DNA of 64,000 nt from contig JBHGNT010000033.1 in assembly GCA_043228905.1 (NCBI GenBank), positions 186,001-250,000 on the forward strand. The letters run 5' to 3'. Source of the stretch: Azolla caroliniana (taxonomy: Eukaryota > Plantae > Polypodiophyta). The translations under genes and the position numbers were made by a program. Of this stretch, positions 11,270 to 26,161 are shown piece by piece. Positions within the stretch are counted from its first letter, which is position 1; the number at the start of each line of letters is the position of its first letter. The notes beneath the pieces are model-generated. The model saw only the letters and a list, made by a program, of their open reading frames with translations, was not told where the DNA came from and did no database searches.

Positions 11270-13570
11270 AGAATTAAAAAAACAAGATTCTGAAACTCAG
11301 GTCGAGAGACATGAAAAAATTAGAAAATTTGAGGAGGGACTTGAGAAGAGCCAGTGAGTCAATTAAAATGTTCATACCTGGCTCGTGTGATATCGGATTT
11401 TTGTGTTCAAACATGCGTATCGAAGCTAACAACGCTAGCTATGATATGGAATTAAAAAATCAAGATTTTGAAACTCAGGTCGAGAGACATGAAGAAATTA
11501 GCAAATTTGAGGAGGGACTTGAGAAGAGCGCGTGAGCAAATTAAAATGTTCATACCTGACTCGGGTGATATCGGATTTTTGTGTACAAACATGCGAATCG
11601 AAGCTAACAACGCTAGCTATAATATAGAATTAAAAAAACAAGATTCTGAAACTCAGGTCGAGAGACATGAAGAAATTAGAAAATTTGAGGAGGGAATTGA
11701 GAAGAGCGCGTGAGTCAATTAAAATGTTCATACCTGTGTCGTGTGATATCGGATTTTTGTGTTCAAACATGCGTATCGAAGCTAACAACGCTAGCTATGA
11801 TATCGAATTAAAAAATCAAGATTTTGAAACTCAGGTCGGGAGACGTGAAGAAATTAGCAAATTTGAGGAGGGACTTGAGAAGAGCGCGTGAGCAAATTAA
11901 AATGTTTATACCTGGCTCGTGTGATATCGGATTTTTGTGTTCAAACATGCGTATCGAAGCTAACAACGCTAGCTATGATATTGAATTAGAAAATCGAGAT
12001 TTTGATACTCAGGTCGAGAGATATGACGAAATTAGCAAATTTGAGCAGGGCCTTGAGAAGAGGCCGTGACTAAATTAAAATGTTCATACCTGGCTCGTGT
12101 GATATCGGATTTTTGTGTTCAAACATGCGTATCGAAGCTAACAACGCTAGCTATAATATAGAATTAAAAAATCAAGATTTCGAAACTCAGGTCGAGAGAC
12201 ATGAAGAAATTAACCAATTTGAGGAGGTACTTGAGAAGAGCCCGTGAGTCTATTATAATGTTCATACCTGGCTCGTGTGATATCGGATTTTTGTGTTCAA
12301 ACATGCGTATCGAAGCTAACAACACTAGCTATAATATAGAATTAAAAAATCCAGATTTTGAAACTCAGGTCGAGAGACATGACGAAATTAGCAAATTTGA
12401 GGAGGGACTTGAGAAGAGCGCGTGAGCAAATTAAAATGTTCATACCTGACTCGGGTGATATCGGATTTTTGTGTACAAACATGCGAATCGAACCTAACAA
12501 CGCTAGCTATAATATAGAATTAAAAAAACAAGATTCTGAAACTCAGGTCGAGAGACATGAAAAAATTAGAAAATTTGAGGAGGGACTTGAGAAGAGCCAG
12601 TGAGTCAATTAAAATGTTCATACCTGGCTCGTGTGATATCGGATATTTGTGTTCAAACATGCGTATCGAAGCTAACAACGCTAGCTATGATATGGAATTA
12701 AAAAATCAAGATTTTGAAACTCAGGTCGAGAGACATGAAGAAATTAGCAAATTTGAGGAGGGACTTGAGAAGAGCGCGTGAGCAAATTAAAATGTTCATA
12801 CCTGACTCGGGTGATATCGGATTTTTGTGTACAAACATGCGAATCGAAGCTAACAACGCTAGCTATAATATAGAATTAAAAAAACAAGATTCTGAAACTC
12901 AGGTCGAGAGACATGAAGAAATTAGAAAATTTGAGGAGGGACTTGAGAAGAGCGCGTGAGTCAATTAAAATGTTCATACCTGTGTCGTGTGATATCGGAT
13001 TTTTGTGTTCAAACATGCGTATCGAAGCTAACAACGCTAGCTATGATATCGAATTAAAAAATCAAGATTTTGAAACTCAGGTCGGGAGACGTGAAGAAAT
13101 TAGCAAATTTGAGGAGGGACTTGAGAAGAGCGCGTGAGCAAATTAAAATGTTTATACCTGGCTCGTGTGATATCGGATTTTTGTGTTCAAACATGCGTAT
13201 CGAAGCTAACAACGCTAGCTATGATATTGAATTAGAAAATCGAGATTTTGATACTCAGGTCGAGAGATATGACGAAATTAGCAAATTTGAGCAGGGCCTT
13301 GAGAAGAGGCCGTGACTAAATTAAAATGTTCATACCTGGCTCGTGTGATATCGGATTTTTGTGTTCAAACATGCGTATCGAAGCTAACAACGCTAGCTAT
13401 AATATAGATTTAAAAAATCAAGATTTCGAAACTCAGGTCCAGAGACATGAAGAAATTAACCAATTTGAGGAGGTACTTGAGAAGAGCCCGTGAGTCTATT
13501 ATAATGTTCATACCTGGCTCGTGTGATATCGGATTTTTGTGTTCAAACATGCGTATCGAAGCTAACAACG
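11270..13570 (+). repeat. 7-mer higher-order repeat (1246 bp), ~1.8 copies
   Basis: ORF pairs 11311/12557, 11468/12714, 11667/12913, 11824/13070 and 12201/13447; shared rare variants GTCGGGAGACGTG and GAAGAGGCCGTG. Confidence 0.9.
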
Positions 13571-13589
13571 CTAGCTATGATAACGAATT

Positions 13590-15550
13590 AAAAAATCAAG
13601 ATTTTGAAACTCAGGTCGAGAGACATGAAGAAATTAGCAAATTTGAGGAGGGACTTGAGAAGAGCGCGTGAGTCAATTAAAATGTTCATACCTGACTCGT
13701 GTGATATCGGATTTTTGTGTTCAAACATGCGTATCGAAGCTAACAACGCTAGCTATGATCTAGAATTAAAAAATGAAGATTTTGAAAGTCAGGCCGACAG
13801 ACATGAAGAAATTAGCAAATTTGAGGAGGGACTTTAGAAGAGCTCGTGACTAAATTAAAATGTTCATACCTGGTTCGTGTGCTATCAGATTTTTCTGTTC
13901 AAACATGCGTATCGAAGCTAACAACGCTAGCTATGATATAGATTTAAAAAATCGAGATTCTGAAACTCAGGTCGAGAGACATGAAGAAATTAGCAAATTT
14001 GAGGAGGGAGTGAAGAAGAGCCAGTGAGTCAATTAAAATGTTCATACCTGGCTCGTGTGATATCGGATTTTTGTGTTCAAACATGCGTATCGAAGCTAAC
14101 AACGCTAGCTATGATATAGAATTAAAAAATCAAGATTTTGATACTCAGGTCGAGAGACATGAAGAAATTAGCAAATTTGAGGAGGGACTTGAGAAGAGCG
14201 CGTGAGTCAATTAGAATGTTCATACCTGGCTAGTGTGATATCGGATTTTTGTGTTCAAACATGCGTATCGAAGCTAACAACGCTAGCTATGATATCGAAT
14301 TAAAAAATCAAGATTTTGAAACTCAGGTCGAGAGACATGAAGAAATTAGCAAATTTGAGGAGGGACTTGAGAAGAGCGCGTGAGTCAATTAAAATGTTCA
14401 TACCTGACTCGTGTGATATCGGATTTTTGTGTTCAAACATGCGTATCGAAGCTAACAACGCTAGCTATGATCTAGAATTAAAAAATGAAGATTTTGAAAG
14501 TCAGGCCGACAGACATGAAGAAATTAGCAAATTTGAGGAGGGACTTTAGAAGAGCTCGTGACTAAATTAAAATGTTCATACCTGGCTCGTGTGCTATCCG
14601 ATTTTCTGGTTCAAACATGCGTATCGAAGCTAACAACGCTAGCTATGATATAGATTTAAAAAATCGAGATTCTGAAACTCAGGTCGAGAGACATGAAGAA
14701 ATTAGTAAATTTGAGGAGGGAGTGAAGAAGAGCCAGTGAGTCAATTAAAATGTTCATACCTGGCTCGTGTGATATCGGATTTTTGTGTTCAAACATGCGT
14801 ATCGAAGCTAACAACGCTAGCTATGATATAGAATTAAAAAATCAAGATTTTGATACTCAGGTCGAGAGACATGAAGAAATTAGCAAATTTGAGGAGGGAC
14901 TTGAGAAGAGCGCGTGAGTCAATTAGAATGTTCATACCTGGCTAGTGTGATATCGGATTTTTGTGTTCAAACATGCGTATCGAAGCTAACAACGCTAGCT
15001 ATGATATCGAATGAAAAAATCCAGATTCTGAAACTCAGGTCGAGAGACATGAAGAAATTAGCAAATTTGAGGAGGGACTTGAGAAGAGCGCGTGAGTCAA
15101 TTAAAATGTTCATACCTGACTCGTGTGATATCGGATTTTTGTGTTCAAACATGCGTATCGAAGCTAACAACGCTAGCTATCATCTAGAATTAAAAAATGA
15201 AGATTTTGAAAGTCAGGCCGACAGACATGAAGAAATTAGCAAATTTGAGGAGGGACTTTAGAAGAGGTCGTGACTAAATTAAAATGTTCATACCTGGCTC
15301 GTGTGCTATCAGATTTTTCTGTTCAAACATGCGTATCGAAGCTAACAACGCTAGCTATGATATAGATTTAAAAAATCGAGATTCTGAAACTCAGGTCGAG
15401 AGACATGAAGAAATTAGCAAATTTGAGGAGGGAGTGAAGAAGAGCCAGTGACTCAATTAAAATGTTCATACCTGGCTCGTGTGATATCGGATTTTTGTGT
15501 TCAAACATGCGTATCGAAGCTAACAACGCTAGCTATGATATCGAATTAAA
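13590..15550 (+). repeat. 4-mer higher-order repeat (712 bp), ~2.7 copies
   Basis: ORFs 13604/14316 are identical. GGAGTGAAGAAGAGCCAG recurs at ~14007, ~14719 and ~15431; ATTAGAATG...GGCTAGTG recurs at ~14210 and ~14922. Confidence 0.88.
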
Positions 15551-18020
15551 AAATCAAGATTCTGAAACTCAGGTCGAGAGACATGAAGAAATTAGCAAAT
15601 TTGAGGAGGGACTTGAGAAGAGCGCGTGAGTCAATTAAAATGTTCATACCTGACTCGTGTGATATCGGATTTTTGTGTTCAAACATGCGTATCGAAGCTA
15701 ACAACGCTAGCTATGATATCGAATTAAAAAATCGAGATTTTGAAACTCAGGTCGAGAGACATGACGAAATTAGCAAATTTGAGGAGGGACTTGAGAAGAG
15801 CGCGTGAGTCAATTAAAATGTTCATACCTGGCTCGTGTGATATCGGATTTTTGTGTTCAAACATGCGTATCGAATCTACAAACGCTAGCTATGATATAGA
15901 ATTAAAAAATCGAGATTTTGAAACTCAGGTCGAGAGACATGAAGAAATTAGCAAATTTGACGAGGGACTTGAGAAGAGCGCGTGAGTCAATTAAAATGTT
16001 CATACCTGGCTCGTGTGATATCGGATTTTTGTGTTCAAACATGCGGTATCGAAGCTATCAAAGCTAGCTATGATATCGAATTAAAAAATCAAGATATTGA
16101 AACTCAGGTCGAGAGACATGAAGAAATTAGCAAATTTGAGGAGGGACTTGAGAAGAGCGCGTGAGCAAATTTAAATATTCATACCTGGCTCGTGTGATAT
16201 CGGATTTTTGTGTTCAAACATGCGTATCGAAGCTAACAACGCTAGCTATGATATCGAATTAAAAAATCAAGATTTTGAAACTCAGGTCGAGAGACATGAA
16301 GAAATTAGAAAATTTGAGGAGGTACTTGAGAAGAGCGTGTGAGTCAATTAAAATGTTCATACCTGTGTCGTGTGATATCGGATTTTTGTGTTCAAACATG
16401 CGTATCGAAGCTAACAACGCTAGCTATGATCTAGAATTAAAAAATCAAGATTTTGAAAGTGAGGCCGAGAGACATGAAGAAATTAGCAAATTTGAGGAGG
16501 CACTTTAGAAGAGCTCGTGACTAAATTAAAATGTTCATACCTGGGTCGTGTGATATCGGATTTTTGTGTTCAAACATGCGTATCGAAGCTAACAACGCTA
16601 GCTATCATCTAGAATTAAAAAATGAAGATTTTGAAAGTCAGGCCGACAGACATGAAGAAATTAGCAAATTTGAGGAGGGACTTTAGAAGAGGTCGTGACT
16701 AAATTAAAATGTTCATACCTGGCTCGTGTGCTATCAGATTTTTCTGTTCAAACATGCGTATCGAAGCTAACAACGCTAGCTATGATATAGATTTAAAAAA
16801 TCGAGATTCTGAAACTCAGGTCGAGAGACATGAAGAAATTAGCAAATTTGAGGAGGGAGTGAAGAAGAGCCAGTGAGTCAATTAAAATGTTCATACCTGG
16901 CTCGTGTGATATCGGATTTTTGTGTTCAAACATGCCTATCGAAGCTAACAACGCTAGCTATGATATCGAATTAAAAAATCAAGATTCTGAAACTCAGGTC
17001 GAGAGACATGAAGAAATTAGCAAATTTGAGGAGGGACTTGAGAAGAGCGCGTGAGTCAATTAAAATGTTCATACCTGACTCGTGTGATATCGGATTTTTG
17101 TGTTCAAACATGCGTATCGAAGCTAACAACGCTAGCTATGATATCGAATTAAAAAATCGAGATTTTGAAACTCAGGTCGAGAGACATGACGAAATTAGCA
17201 AATTTGAGGAGGGACTTGAGAAGAGCGCGTGAGTCAATTAAAATGTTCATACCTGGCTCGTGTGATATCGGATTTTTGTGTTCAAACATGCGTATCGAAT
17301 CTACAAACGCTAGCTATGATATAGAATTAAAAAATCGAGATTTTGAAACTCAGGTCGAGAGACATGAAGAAATTAGCAAATTTGACGAGGGACTTGAGAA
17401 GAGCGCGTGAGTCAATTAAAATGTTCATACCTGGCTCGTGTGATATCGGATTTTTGTGTTCAAACATGCGGTATCGAAGCTATCAAAGCTAGCTATGATA
17501 TCGAATTAAAAAATCAAGATATTGAAACTCAGGTCGAGAGACATGAAGAAATTAGCAAATTTGAGGAGGGACTTGAGAAGAGCGCGTGAGCAAATTTAAA
17601 TATTCATACCTGGCTCGTGTGATATCGGATTTTTGTGTTCAAACATGCGTATCGAAGCTAACAACGCTAGCTATGATATCGAATTAAAAAATCAAGATTT
17701 TGAAACTCAGGTCGAGAGACATGAAGAAATTAGAAAATTTGAGGAGGTACTTGAGAAGAGCGTGTGAGTCAATTAAAATGTTCATACCTGTGTCGTGTGA
17801 TATCGGATTTTTGTGTTCAAACATGCGTATCGAAGCTAACAACGCTAGCTATGATCTAGAATTAAAAAATCAAGATTTTGAAAGTGAGGCCGAGAGACAT
17901 GAAGAAATTAGCAAATTTGAGGAGGCACTTTAGAAGAGCTCGTGACTAAATTAAAATGTTCATACCTGGGTCGTGTGATATCGGATTTTTGTGTTCAAAC
18001 ATGCGTATCGAAGCTAACAA
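15170..18020 (+). repeat. 8-mer tandem duplication (1425 bp = 8x178+1), 2 copies
   Basis: ORF pairs 15583/17008, 15740/17165, 15982/17407 and 16275/17700; markers TATCATCTAG (15178/16603) and GAATCTACAAAC. Confidence 0.92.
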
Positions 18021-18429
18021 CGCTAGCTATGATATCGAATTAAAAAATCAAGATTTTGAAACTCAGGTCGAGGGACATGAAGAAATTAGCAAATTTGAGG
18101 AGGGACTTGAGAAGAGCGCGTGAGCAAATTAAAGTGTTCATACCTGGCTCGTGTGATATCGGATTTTTGTGTTCAAACATGCGTATCGAAGCTAACAACG
18201 CTAGCTATAATATAGAATTAAAAAATCAAGATTTCGAAACTCAGGTCCAGAGACATGAAGAAATTAACCAATTTGAGGAGGTACTTGAGAAGAGCCCGTG
18301 AGTCTATTATAATGTTCATACCTGGCTCGTGTGATATCGGATTTTTGTGTTCAAACATGCGTATCGAAGCTAACAACGCTAGCTATGATATAGAATTAAA
18401 AAATCGAGATTTTGAAACTCAGGTCGAGA

Positions 18430-21230
18430 GACATGACGAAATTAGCAAATTTGAGGAGGGACTTGAGAAGAGCGCGTGAGTCAATTAAAATGTTCATACC
18501 TGGCTCGTGTGATATCGGATTTTTGTGTTGAAACATGCGTATCGAAGCTAACAACGCTAGCTATGATATGGAATTAAAAAATCAAGATTTTGAAACTCAG
18601 GTCGAGAGACATGAAGAAATTAGCAAATTTGAGGAGGGACTTGAGAAGAGCGCGTGAGCAAATTAAAATGTTCATACCTGACTCGGGTGATATCGGATTT
18701 TTGTGTACAAACATGCGAATCGAAGCTAACAACGCTAGCTATAATATAGAATTAAAAAAACAAGATTCTGAAACTCAGGTCGAGAGACATGAAAAAATTA
18801 GAAAATTTGAGGAGGGACTTGAGAAGAGCGCGTGAGTCAATTAAAATGTTCATACCTGGCTCGTGTGATATCGGATTTTTGTGTTCAAACATGCGTATCG
18901 AAGCTAACAACGCTAGCTATGATATCGAATTAAAAAATCGAGATTTTGAAACTCAGGTCGAGAGACATGACGAAATTAGCAAATTTGAGGAGGGACTTGA
19001 GAAGAGCGCGTGAGTCAATTAAAATGTTCATACCTGGCTCGTGTGATATCGGATTTTTGTGTTCAAACATGCGTATCGAATCTAACAACGCTAGCTATGA
19101 TATCGAATTAAAAAATCAAGATTTTGAAACTCAGGTCGAGAGACATGAAGAAATTAAAAATTTGAGGAGGTACTTGAGAAGAGCGTGTGAGTCAATTAAA
19201 ATGTTCATACCTGTGTCGTGTGATATCGGATTTTTGTGTTCAAACATGCGTATCGAAGCTAACAATGCTAGCTATGATCTAGAATTAAAAAATCAAGATT
19301 TTGAAAGTGAGGCCGAGAGACATGAAGAAATTAGCAAATTTGAGGAGGCACTTTAGAAGAGCTCGTGACTAAATTAAAATGTTCATACCTGGGTCGTGTG
19401 ATATCGGATTTTTGTGTTCAAACATGCGTATCGAAGCTAACAACGCTAGCTATAATATAGATTTAAAAAATCAAGATTTCGAAACTCAGGTCCAGAGACA
19501 TGAAGAAATTAACCAATTTGAGGAGGTACTTGAGAAGAGCCCGTGAGTCTATTATAATGTTCATACCTGGCTCGTGTGATATCGGATTTTTGTGTTCAAA
19601 CATGCGTATCGAAGCTAACAACGCTAGCTATGATATAGAATTAAAAAATCGAGATTTTGAAACTCAGGTCGAGAGACATGACGAAATTAGCAAATTTGAG
19701 GAGGAACTTGAGAAGAGCGCGTGAGTCAATTAAAATGTTCATACCTGGCTCGTGTGATATCGGATTTTTGTGTTCAAACATGCGTATCGAAGCTAACAAC
19801 GCTAGCTATGATATAGAATTAAAAAATCGAGATTTTGAAACTCAGGTCGAGAGACATGACGAAATTAGCAAATTTGAGGAGGAGCTTGAGAAGAGCGCGT
19901 GAGTCAATTAAAATGTTCATACCTGGCTCGTGTGATATCGGATTTTTGTGTTGAAACATGCGTATCGAAGCTAACAATGCTAGCTATGATATGGAATTAA
20001 AAAATCAAGATTTTGAAACTCAGGTCGAGAGACATGAAGAAATTAGCAAATTTGAGGAGGGACTTGAGAAGAGCGCGTGAGCAAATTAAAATGTTCATAC
20101 CTGACTCGGGTGATATCGGATTTTTGTGTACAAACATGCGAATCGAAGCTAACAACGCTAGCTATAATATAGAATTAAAAAAACAAGATTCTGAAACTCA
20201 GGTCGAGAGACATGAAAAAATTAGAAAATTTGAGGAGGGACTTGAGAAGAGCGCGTGAGTCAATTAAAATGTTCATACCTGGCTCGTGTGATATCGGATT
20301 TTTGTGTTGAAACATGCGTATCGAAGCTAACAACGCTAGCTATGATATGGAATTAAAAAATCAAGATTTTGAAACTCAGGTCGAGAGACATGAAGAAATT
20401 AGCAAATTTGAGGAGGGACTTGAGAAGAGCGCGTGAGCAAATTAAAATGTTCATACCTGACTCGGGTGATATCGGATTTTTGTGTACAAACATGCGAATC
20501 GAAGCTAACAACGCTAGCTATAATATAGAATTAAAAAAACAAGATTCTGAAACTCAGGTCGAGAGACATGAAAAAATTAGAAAATTTGAGGAGGGACTTG
20601 AGAAGAGCGCGTGAGTCAATTAAAATGTTCATACCTGGCTCGTGTGATATCGGATTTTTGTGTTCAAACATGCGTATCGAAGCTAACAACGCTAGCTATG
20701 ATATCGAATTAAAAAATCGAGATTTTGAAACTCAGGTCGAGAGACATGACGAAATTAGCAAATTTGAGGAGGGACTTGAGAAGAGCGCGTGAGTCAATTA
20801 AAATGTTCATACCTGGCTCGTGTGATATCGGATTTTTGTGTTCAAACATGCGTATCGAATCTAACAACGCTAGCTATGATATCGAATTAAAAAATCAAGA
20901 TTTTGAAACTCAGGTCGAGAGACATGAAGAAATTAGAAAATTTGAGGAGGTACTTGAGAAGAGCGTGTGAGTCAATTAAAATGTTGATACCTGTGTCGTG
21001 TGATATCGGATTTTTGTGTTCAAACATGCGTATCGAAGCTAACAACGCTAGCTATGATCTAGAATTAAAAAATCAAGATTTTGAAAGTGAGGCCGAGAGA
21101 CATGAAGAAATTAGCAAATTTGAGGAGGCACTTTAGAAGAGCTCGTGACTAAATTAAAATGTTCATACCTGGGTCGTGTGATATCGGATTTTTGTGTTCA
21201 AACATGCGTATCGAAGCTAACAACGCTAGC
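18430..21230 (+). repeat. Imperfect 10-mer repeat (offset 1779 bp) with an internal 356-bp dimer duplication
   Basis: ORF pairs 18590/20369, 18789/20568 and 18946/20725; dimer 20013/20369. A 1-bp deletion near 19,156 accounts for 1779 rather than 1780. Confidence 0.75.
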
Positions 21231-24200
21231 TATGATATCGAATTAAAAAATCAAGATTTTGAAACTCAGGTCGAGAGACATGAAGAAATTAGCAAATTTG
21301 AGGAGGGACTTGAGAAGAGCGCGTGAGCAAATTAAAGTGTTCATACCTGGCTCGTGTGATATCGGATTTTTGTGTTCAAACATGCGTATCGAAGCTAACA
21401 ACGCTAGCTATGATATAGAATTAAAAAATCAAGATTTCGAAACTCAGGTCCAGAGACATGAAGAAATTAACCAATTTGAGGAGGTACTTGAGAAGAGCCC
21501 GTGAGTCTATTATAATGTTCATACCTGGCTCGTGTGATATCGGATTTTTGTGTTCAAACATGCGTATCGAAGCTAACAACGCTAGCTATGATATAGAATT
21601 AAAAAATCCAGATTTTGAAACTCAGGTCGAGAGACATGACGAAATTAGCAAATTTGAGGAGGGACTTGAGAAGAGCGCGTGAGCAAATTAAAATGTTCAT
21701 ACCTGACTCGGGTGATATCGGATTTTTGTGTACAAACATGCGAATCGAACCTAACAACGCTAGCTATAATATAGAATTAAAAAAACAAGATTCTGAAACT
21801 CAGGTCGAGAGACATGAAAAAATTAGAAAATTTGAGGAGGGACTTGAGAAGAGCCAGTGAGTCAATTAAAATGTTCATACCTGGCTCGTGTGATATCGGA
21901 TTTTTGTGTTCAAACATGCGTATCGAAGCTAACAACACTAGCTATGATATCGAATTAAAAAATCGAGATTCTGAAACTCAGGTCGATTGACATGAAGAAA
22001 TTAGAAAATTTGAGGAGGGACTTGAGAAGAGCGCGTGAGTCAATTAAAATGTTCATACCTGTGTCGTGTGATATCGGATTTTTGTGTTCAAACATGCGTA
22101 TCGAAGCTAACAACGCTAGCTATGATATCGAATTAAAAAATCAAGATTTTGAAACTCAGGTCGGGAGACGTGAAGAAATTAGCAAATTTGAGGAGGGACT
22201 TGAGAAGAGCGCGTGAGCAAATTAAAATGTTCATACCTGGCTCGTGTGATATCGGATTTTTGTGTTCAAACATGCGTATCGAAGCTAACAACGCTAGCTA
22301 TGATATTGAATTAGAAAATCGAGATTTTGATACTCAGGTCGAGAGACATGACGAAATTAGCAAATTTGAGCAGGGCCTTGAGAAGAGCCCGTGACTAAAT
22401 TAAAATGTTCATACCTGGCTCGTGTGATATCGGATTTTTGTGTTCAAACATGCGTATCGAAGCTAACAACGCTAGCTATGATATTGAATTAGAAAATCGA
22501 GATTTTGATACTCAGGTCGAGAGACATGACGAAATTAGCAAATTTGAGCAGGGCCTTGAGAAGAGCCCGTGACTAAATTAAAATGTTCATACCTGGCTCG
22601 TGTGATATCGGATTTTTGTGTTCAAACATGCGTATCGAAGCTAACAACGCTAGCTATAATATAGATTTAAAAAATCAAGATTTCGAAACTCAGGTCCAGA
22701 GACATGAAGAAATTAACCAATTTGAGGAGGTACTTGAGAAGAGCCCGTGAGTCTATTATAATGTTCATACCTGGCTCGTGTGATATCGGATTTTTGTGTT
22801 CAAACATGCGTATCGAAGCTAACAACGCTAGCTATGATATAGAATTAAAAAATCGAGATTTTGAAACTCAGGTCGAGAGACATGACGAAATTAGCAAATT
22901 TGAGGAGGGACTTGAGAAGAGCGCGTGAGTCAATTAAAATGTTCATACCTGGCTCGTGTGATATCGGATTTTTGTGTTGAAACATGCGTATCGAAGCTAA
23001 CAACGCTAGCTATGATATCGAATTAAAAAATCAAGATTTTGAAACTCAGGTCGAGAGACATGAAGAAATTAGCAAATTTGAGGAGGGACTTGAGAAGAGC
23101 GCGTGAGCAAATTAAAATGTTCATACCTGACTCGGGTGATATCGGATTTTTGTGTACAAACATGCGAATCGAAGCTAACAACGCTAGCTATAATATAGAA
23201 TTAAAAAAACAAGATTCTGAAACTCAGGTCGAGAGACATGAAAAAATTAGAAAATTTGAGGAGGGACTTGAGAAGAGCGCGTGAGTCAATTAAAATGTTC
23301 ATACCTGGCTCGTGTGATATCGGATTTTTGTGTTCAAACATGCGTATCGAAGCTAACAACGCTAGCTATGATATCGAATTAAAAAATCGAGATTTTGAAA
23401 CTCAGGTCGAGAGATATGATGAAATTAGCATATTTGAGGAGGTAGTGGAGAAGAGCCCGTTAGGAAATAAAAATGTTCATACCTGGCTCGTGTGATATCG
23501 GATTTTTGTGTTCAAACATGCGTATCGAAGCTAACAACGCTAGCTATGATATAGATTTAAAAAATCAGGATTCTGAAACTCAGGTCGATAGACATGAAGA
23601 AATTAGCAAATTTGAGGAGGGACTTGAGAAGAGCGCGTGAGTCAATTAAAATGTTCATACCTGACTCGTGTGATATCGGATTTTTGTGTTCAAACATGCG
23701 TATCGAAGCTAACAACGCTAGCTATGATCTAGAATTAAAAAATCAAGATTTTGAAACTGAGGTCGAGAACCATGAAGAAATTAGCAAATTTGAAGAGGGA
23801 CTTGAGAAGAGCGCGTGAGTCAATTAAAATGTTCATACCTGGCTCGTGTGATATCGGATTTTTGTGTTCAAACATGCGTATCGAAGCTAACAACGCTAGC
23901 TATGATATAGAATTAAAAAATCGAGATTTGGAAACTCAGGTCGAGAGACATGACGAAATTAGCAAATTTGAGGAGGGACTTGAGAAGAGCGCGTGAGTCA
24001 ATTAAAATGTTCATACCTGGCTCGTGTGATATCGGATTTTTGTGTTCAGACATGCGTATCGAATCTAACAACGCTAGCTATGATATAGAATTAAAAAATG
24101 GAGATTTTGAAACTCAGGTCGAGAGACATGAAGAAATTAGCAAATTTGACGAGGGACTTGAGAAGAGCGCCTGAGTCAATTAAAATGTTCATACCTGGCT

Positions 24201-26161
24201 CGTGTGATATCGGATTTTTGTGTTCAAACATGCGGTATCGAAGCTATCAAAGCTAGCTATGATATCGAATTAAAAAATCAAGATATTGAAACTCAGGTCG
24301 AGAGACATGAAGAAATTAGCAAATTTCAGGAGGGACTTGAGAAGAGCGCGTGAGCAAATTTAAATATTCATACCTGGCTCGTGTGATATCGGATTTTTGT
24401 GTTTAAACATGCGTATCGAAGCTAACAACGCTAGCTATGATATCGAATTAAAAAATCAAGATTTTGAAACTCAGGTCGAGAGACATGAAGAAATTAGAAA
24501 ATTTGAGGAAGTACTTGAGAAGAGCGTGTGAGTCAATTAAAATGTTCATACCTGTGTCGTGTGATATCGGATTTTTGTGTTCAAACATGCGTATCGAAGC
24601 TAATAACGCTAGCTATGATCTAGAATTAAAAAATCGAGATTCTGAAACTCAGGTCGATTGACATGAAGAAATTAGAAAATTTGAGGAGGGACTTGAGAAG
24701 AGCGCGTGAGTCAATTAAAATGTTCATACCTGTGTCGTGTGATATCGGATTTTTGTGTTCAAACATGCGTATCGAAGCTAACAACGCTAGCTATGATATC
24801 GAATTAAAAAATCAAGATTTTGAAACTCAGGTCGGGAGACGTGAAGAAATTAGCAAATTTGAGGAGGGACTTGAGAAGAGCGCGTGAGCAAATTAAAATG
24901 TTTATACCTGGCTCGTGTGATATCGGATTTTTGTGTTCAAACATGCGTATCGAAGCTAACAACTCTAGCTATGATATTGAATTAGAAAATCGAGATTTTG
25001 ATACTCAGGTCGAGAGACATGACGAAATTAGCAAATTTGAGCAGGGCCTTGAGAAGAGCCCGTGACTAAATTAAAATGTTCATACCTGGCTCGTGTGATA
25101 TCGGATTTTTGTGTTCAAACATGCGTATCGAAGCTAACAATGCTAGCTATGATATAGATTTAAAAAATCAAGATTTCGAAACTCAGGTCCAGAGACATGA
25201 AGAAATTAGCAAATTTGAGCAGGGCCTTGAGAAGAGCCCGTGAGTCTATTATAATGTTCATACCTGGCTCGTGTGATATCGGATTTTTGTGTTCAAACAT
25301 GCGTATTGAAGCTAACAACGCTAGCTATGATATCGAATTAAAAAATCGAGATTTTGAAACTCAGGTCGAGAGACATGACGAAATTAGCAAATTTGAGGAG
25401 GGACTTGAGAAGAGCGCGTGAGTCAATTAAAATGTTCATACCTGGCTCGGGTGATATCGGATTTTTGTGTACAAACATGCGAATCGAAGCTAACAACGCT
25501 AGCTATAATATAGAATTAAAAAAACAAGATTTTGAAACTCAGGTCGAGAGACATGAAGAAATTAGCAAATTTGAGGAGGGACTTGAGAAGAGCGCGTGAG
25601 TCAATTAAAATGTTCATACCTGACTCGTGTGATATCGGATTTTTGTGTTCAAACATGCGTATCGAAGCTAACAACGCTAGCTATGATATACAATTAAAAA
25701 ATGAAGATTTTGAAAAGTCAGGCTGACAGACATGAAGAAATTAGCAAATTTGAGGAGGGACTTTAGAAGAGCTCGTGACTAGATTAAAATGTTCATACCT
25801 GGCTCGTGTGATATCGGATTTTTGTGTTCAAACATGCGTATCGAAGCTAACAACGCTAGCTAGGATATAGATTTAAAAAATCGAGATTCTGAAACTCAGG
25901 CCGAGAGACAAGAAGAAATTAGCAAATTTGAGGAGGCACTTTAGAAGAGCTCGTGACTAAATTAAAATGTTCATACCTGGGTCGTGTGATATCGGATTTT
26001 TGTGTTCAAACATGCGTATCGAAGCTAACAACGCTAGCTATGATATGGAATTAAAAAATCAAGATTTTGAAACTCAGGTCGAGAGACATGAAGAAATTAG
26101 CAAATTTGAGGAGGGACTTGAGAAGAGCGCGTGAGCAAATTAAAATGTTCATACCTGGCTC

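Noticed and set aside
14590-14615. Odd variant GCTATCCGATTTTCTGGTTC
   Set aside because: A singleton cluster of changes next to a homopolymer relative to its 712-bp paralogs. It could be a sequencing or consensus error and cannot be interpreted without reads.
14967-15170. The only minus-strand ORF taken as an inversion or antisense gene
   Set aside because: The monomers here keep the same orientation. Local SNPs (GAATGAAAAAATCCAG at ~15,010) simply remove stop codons.
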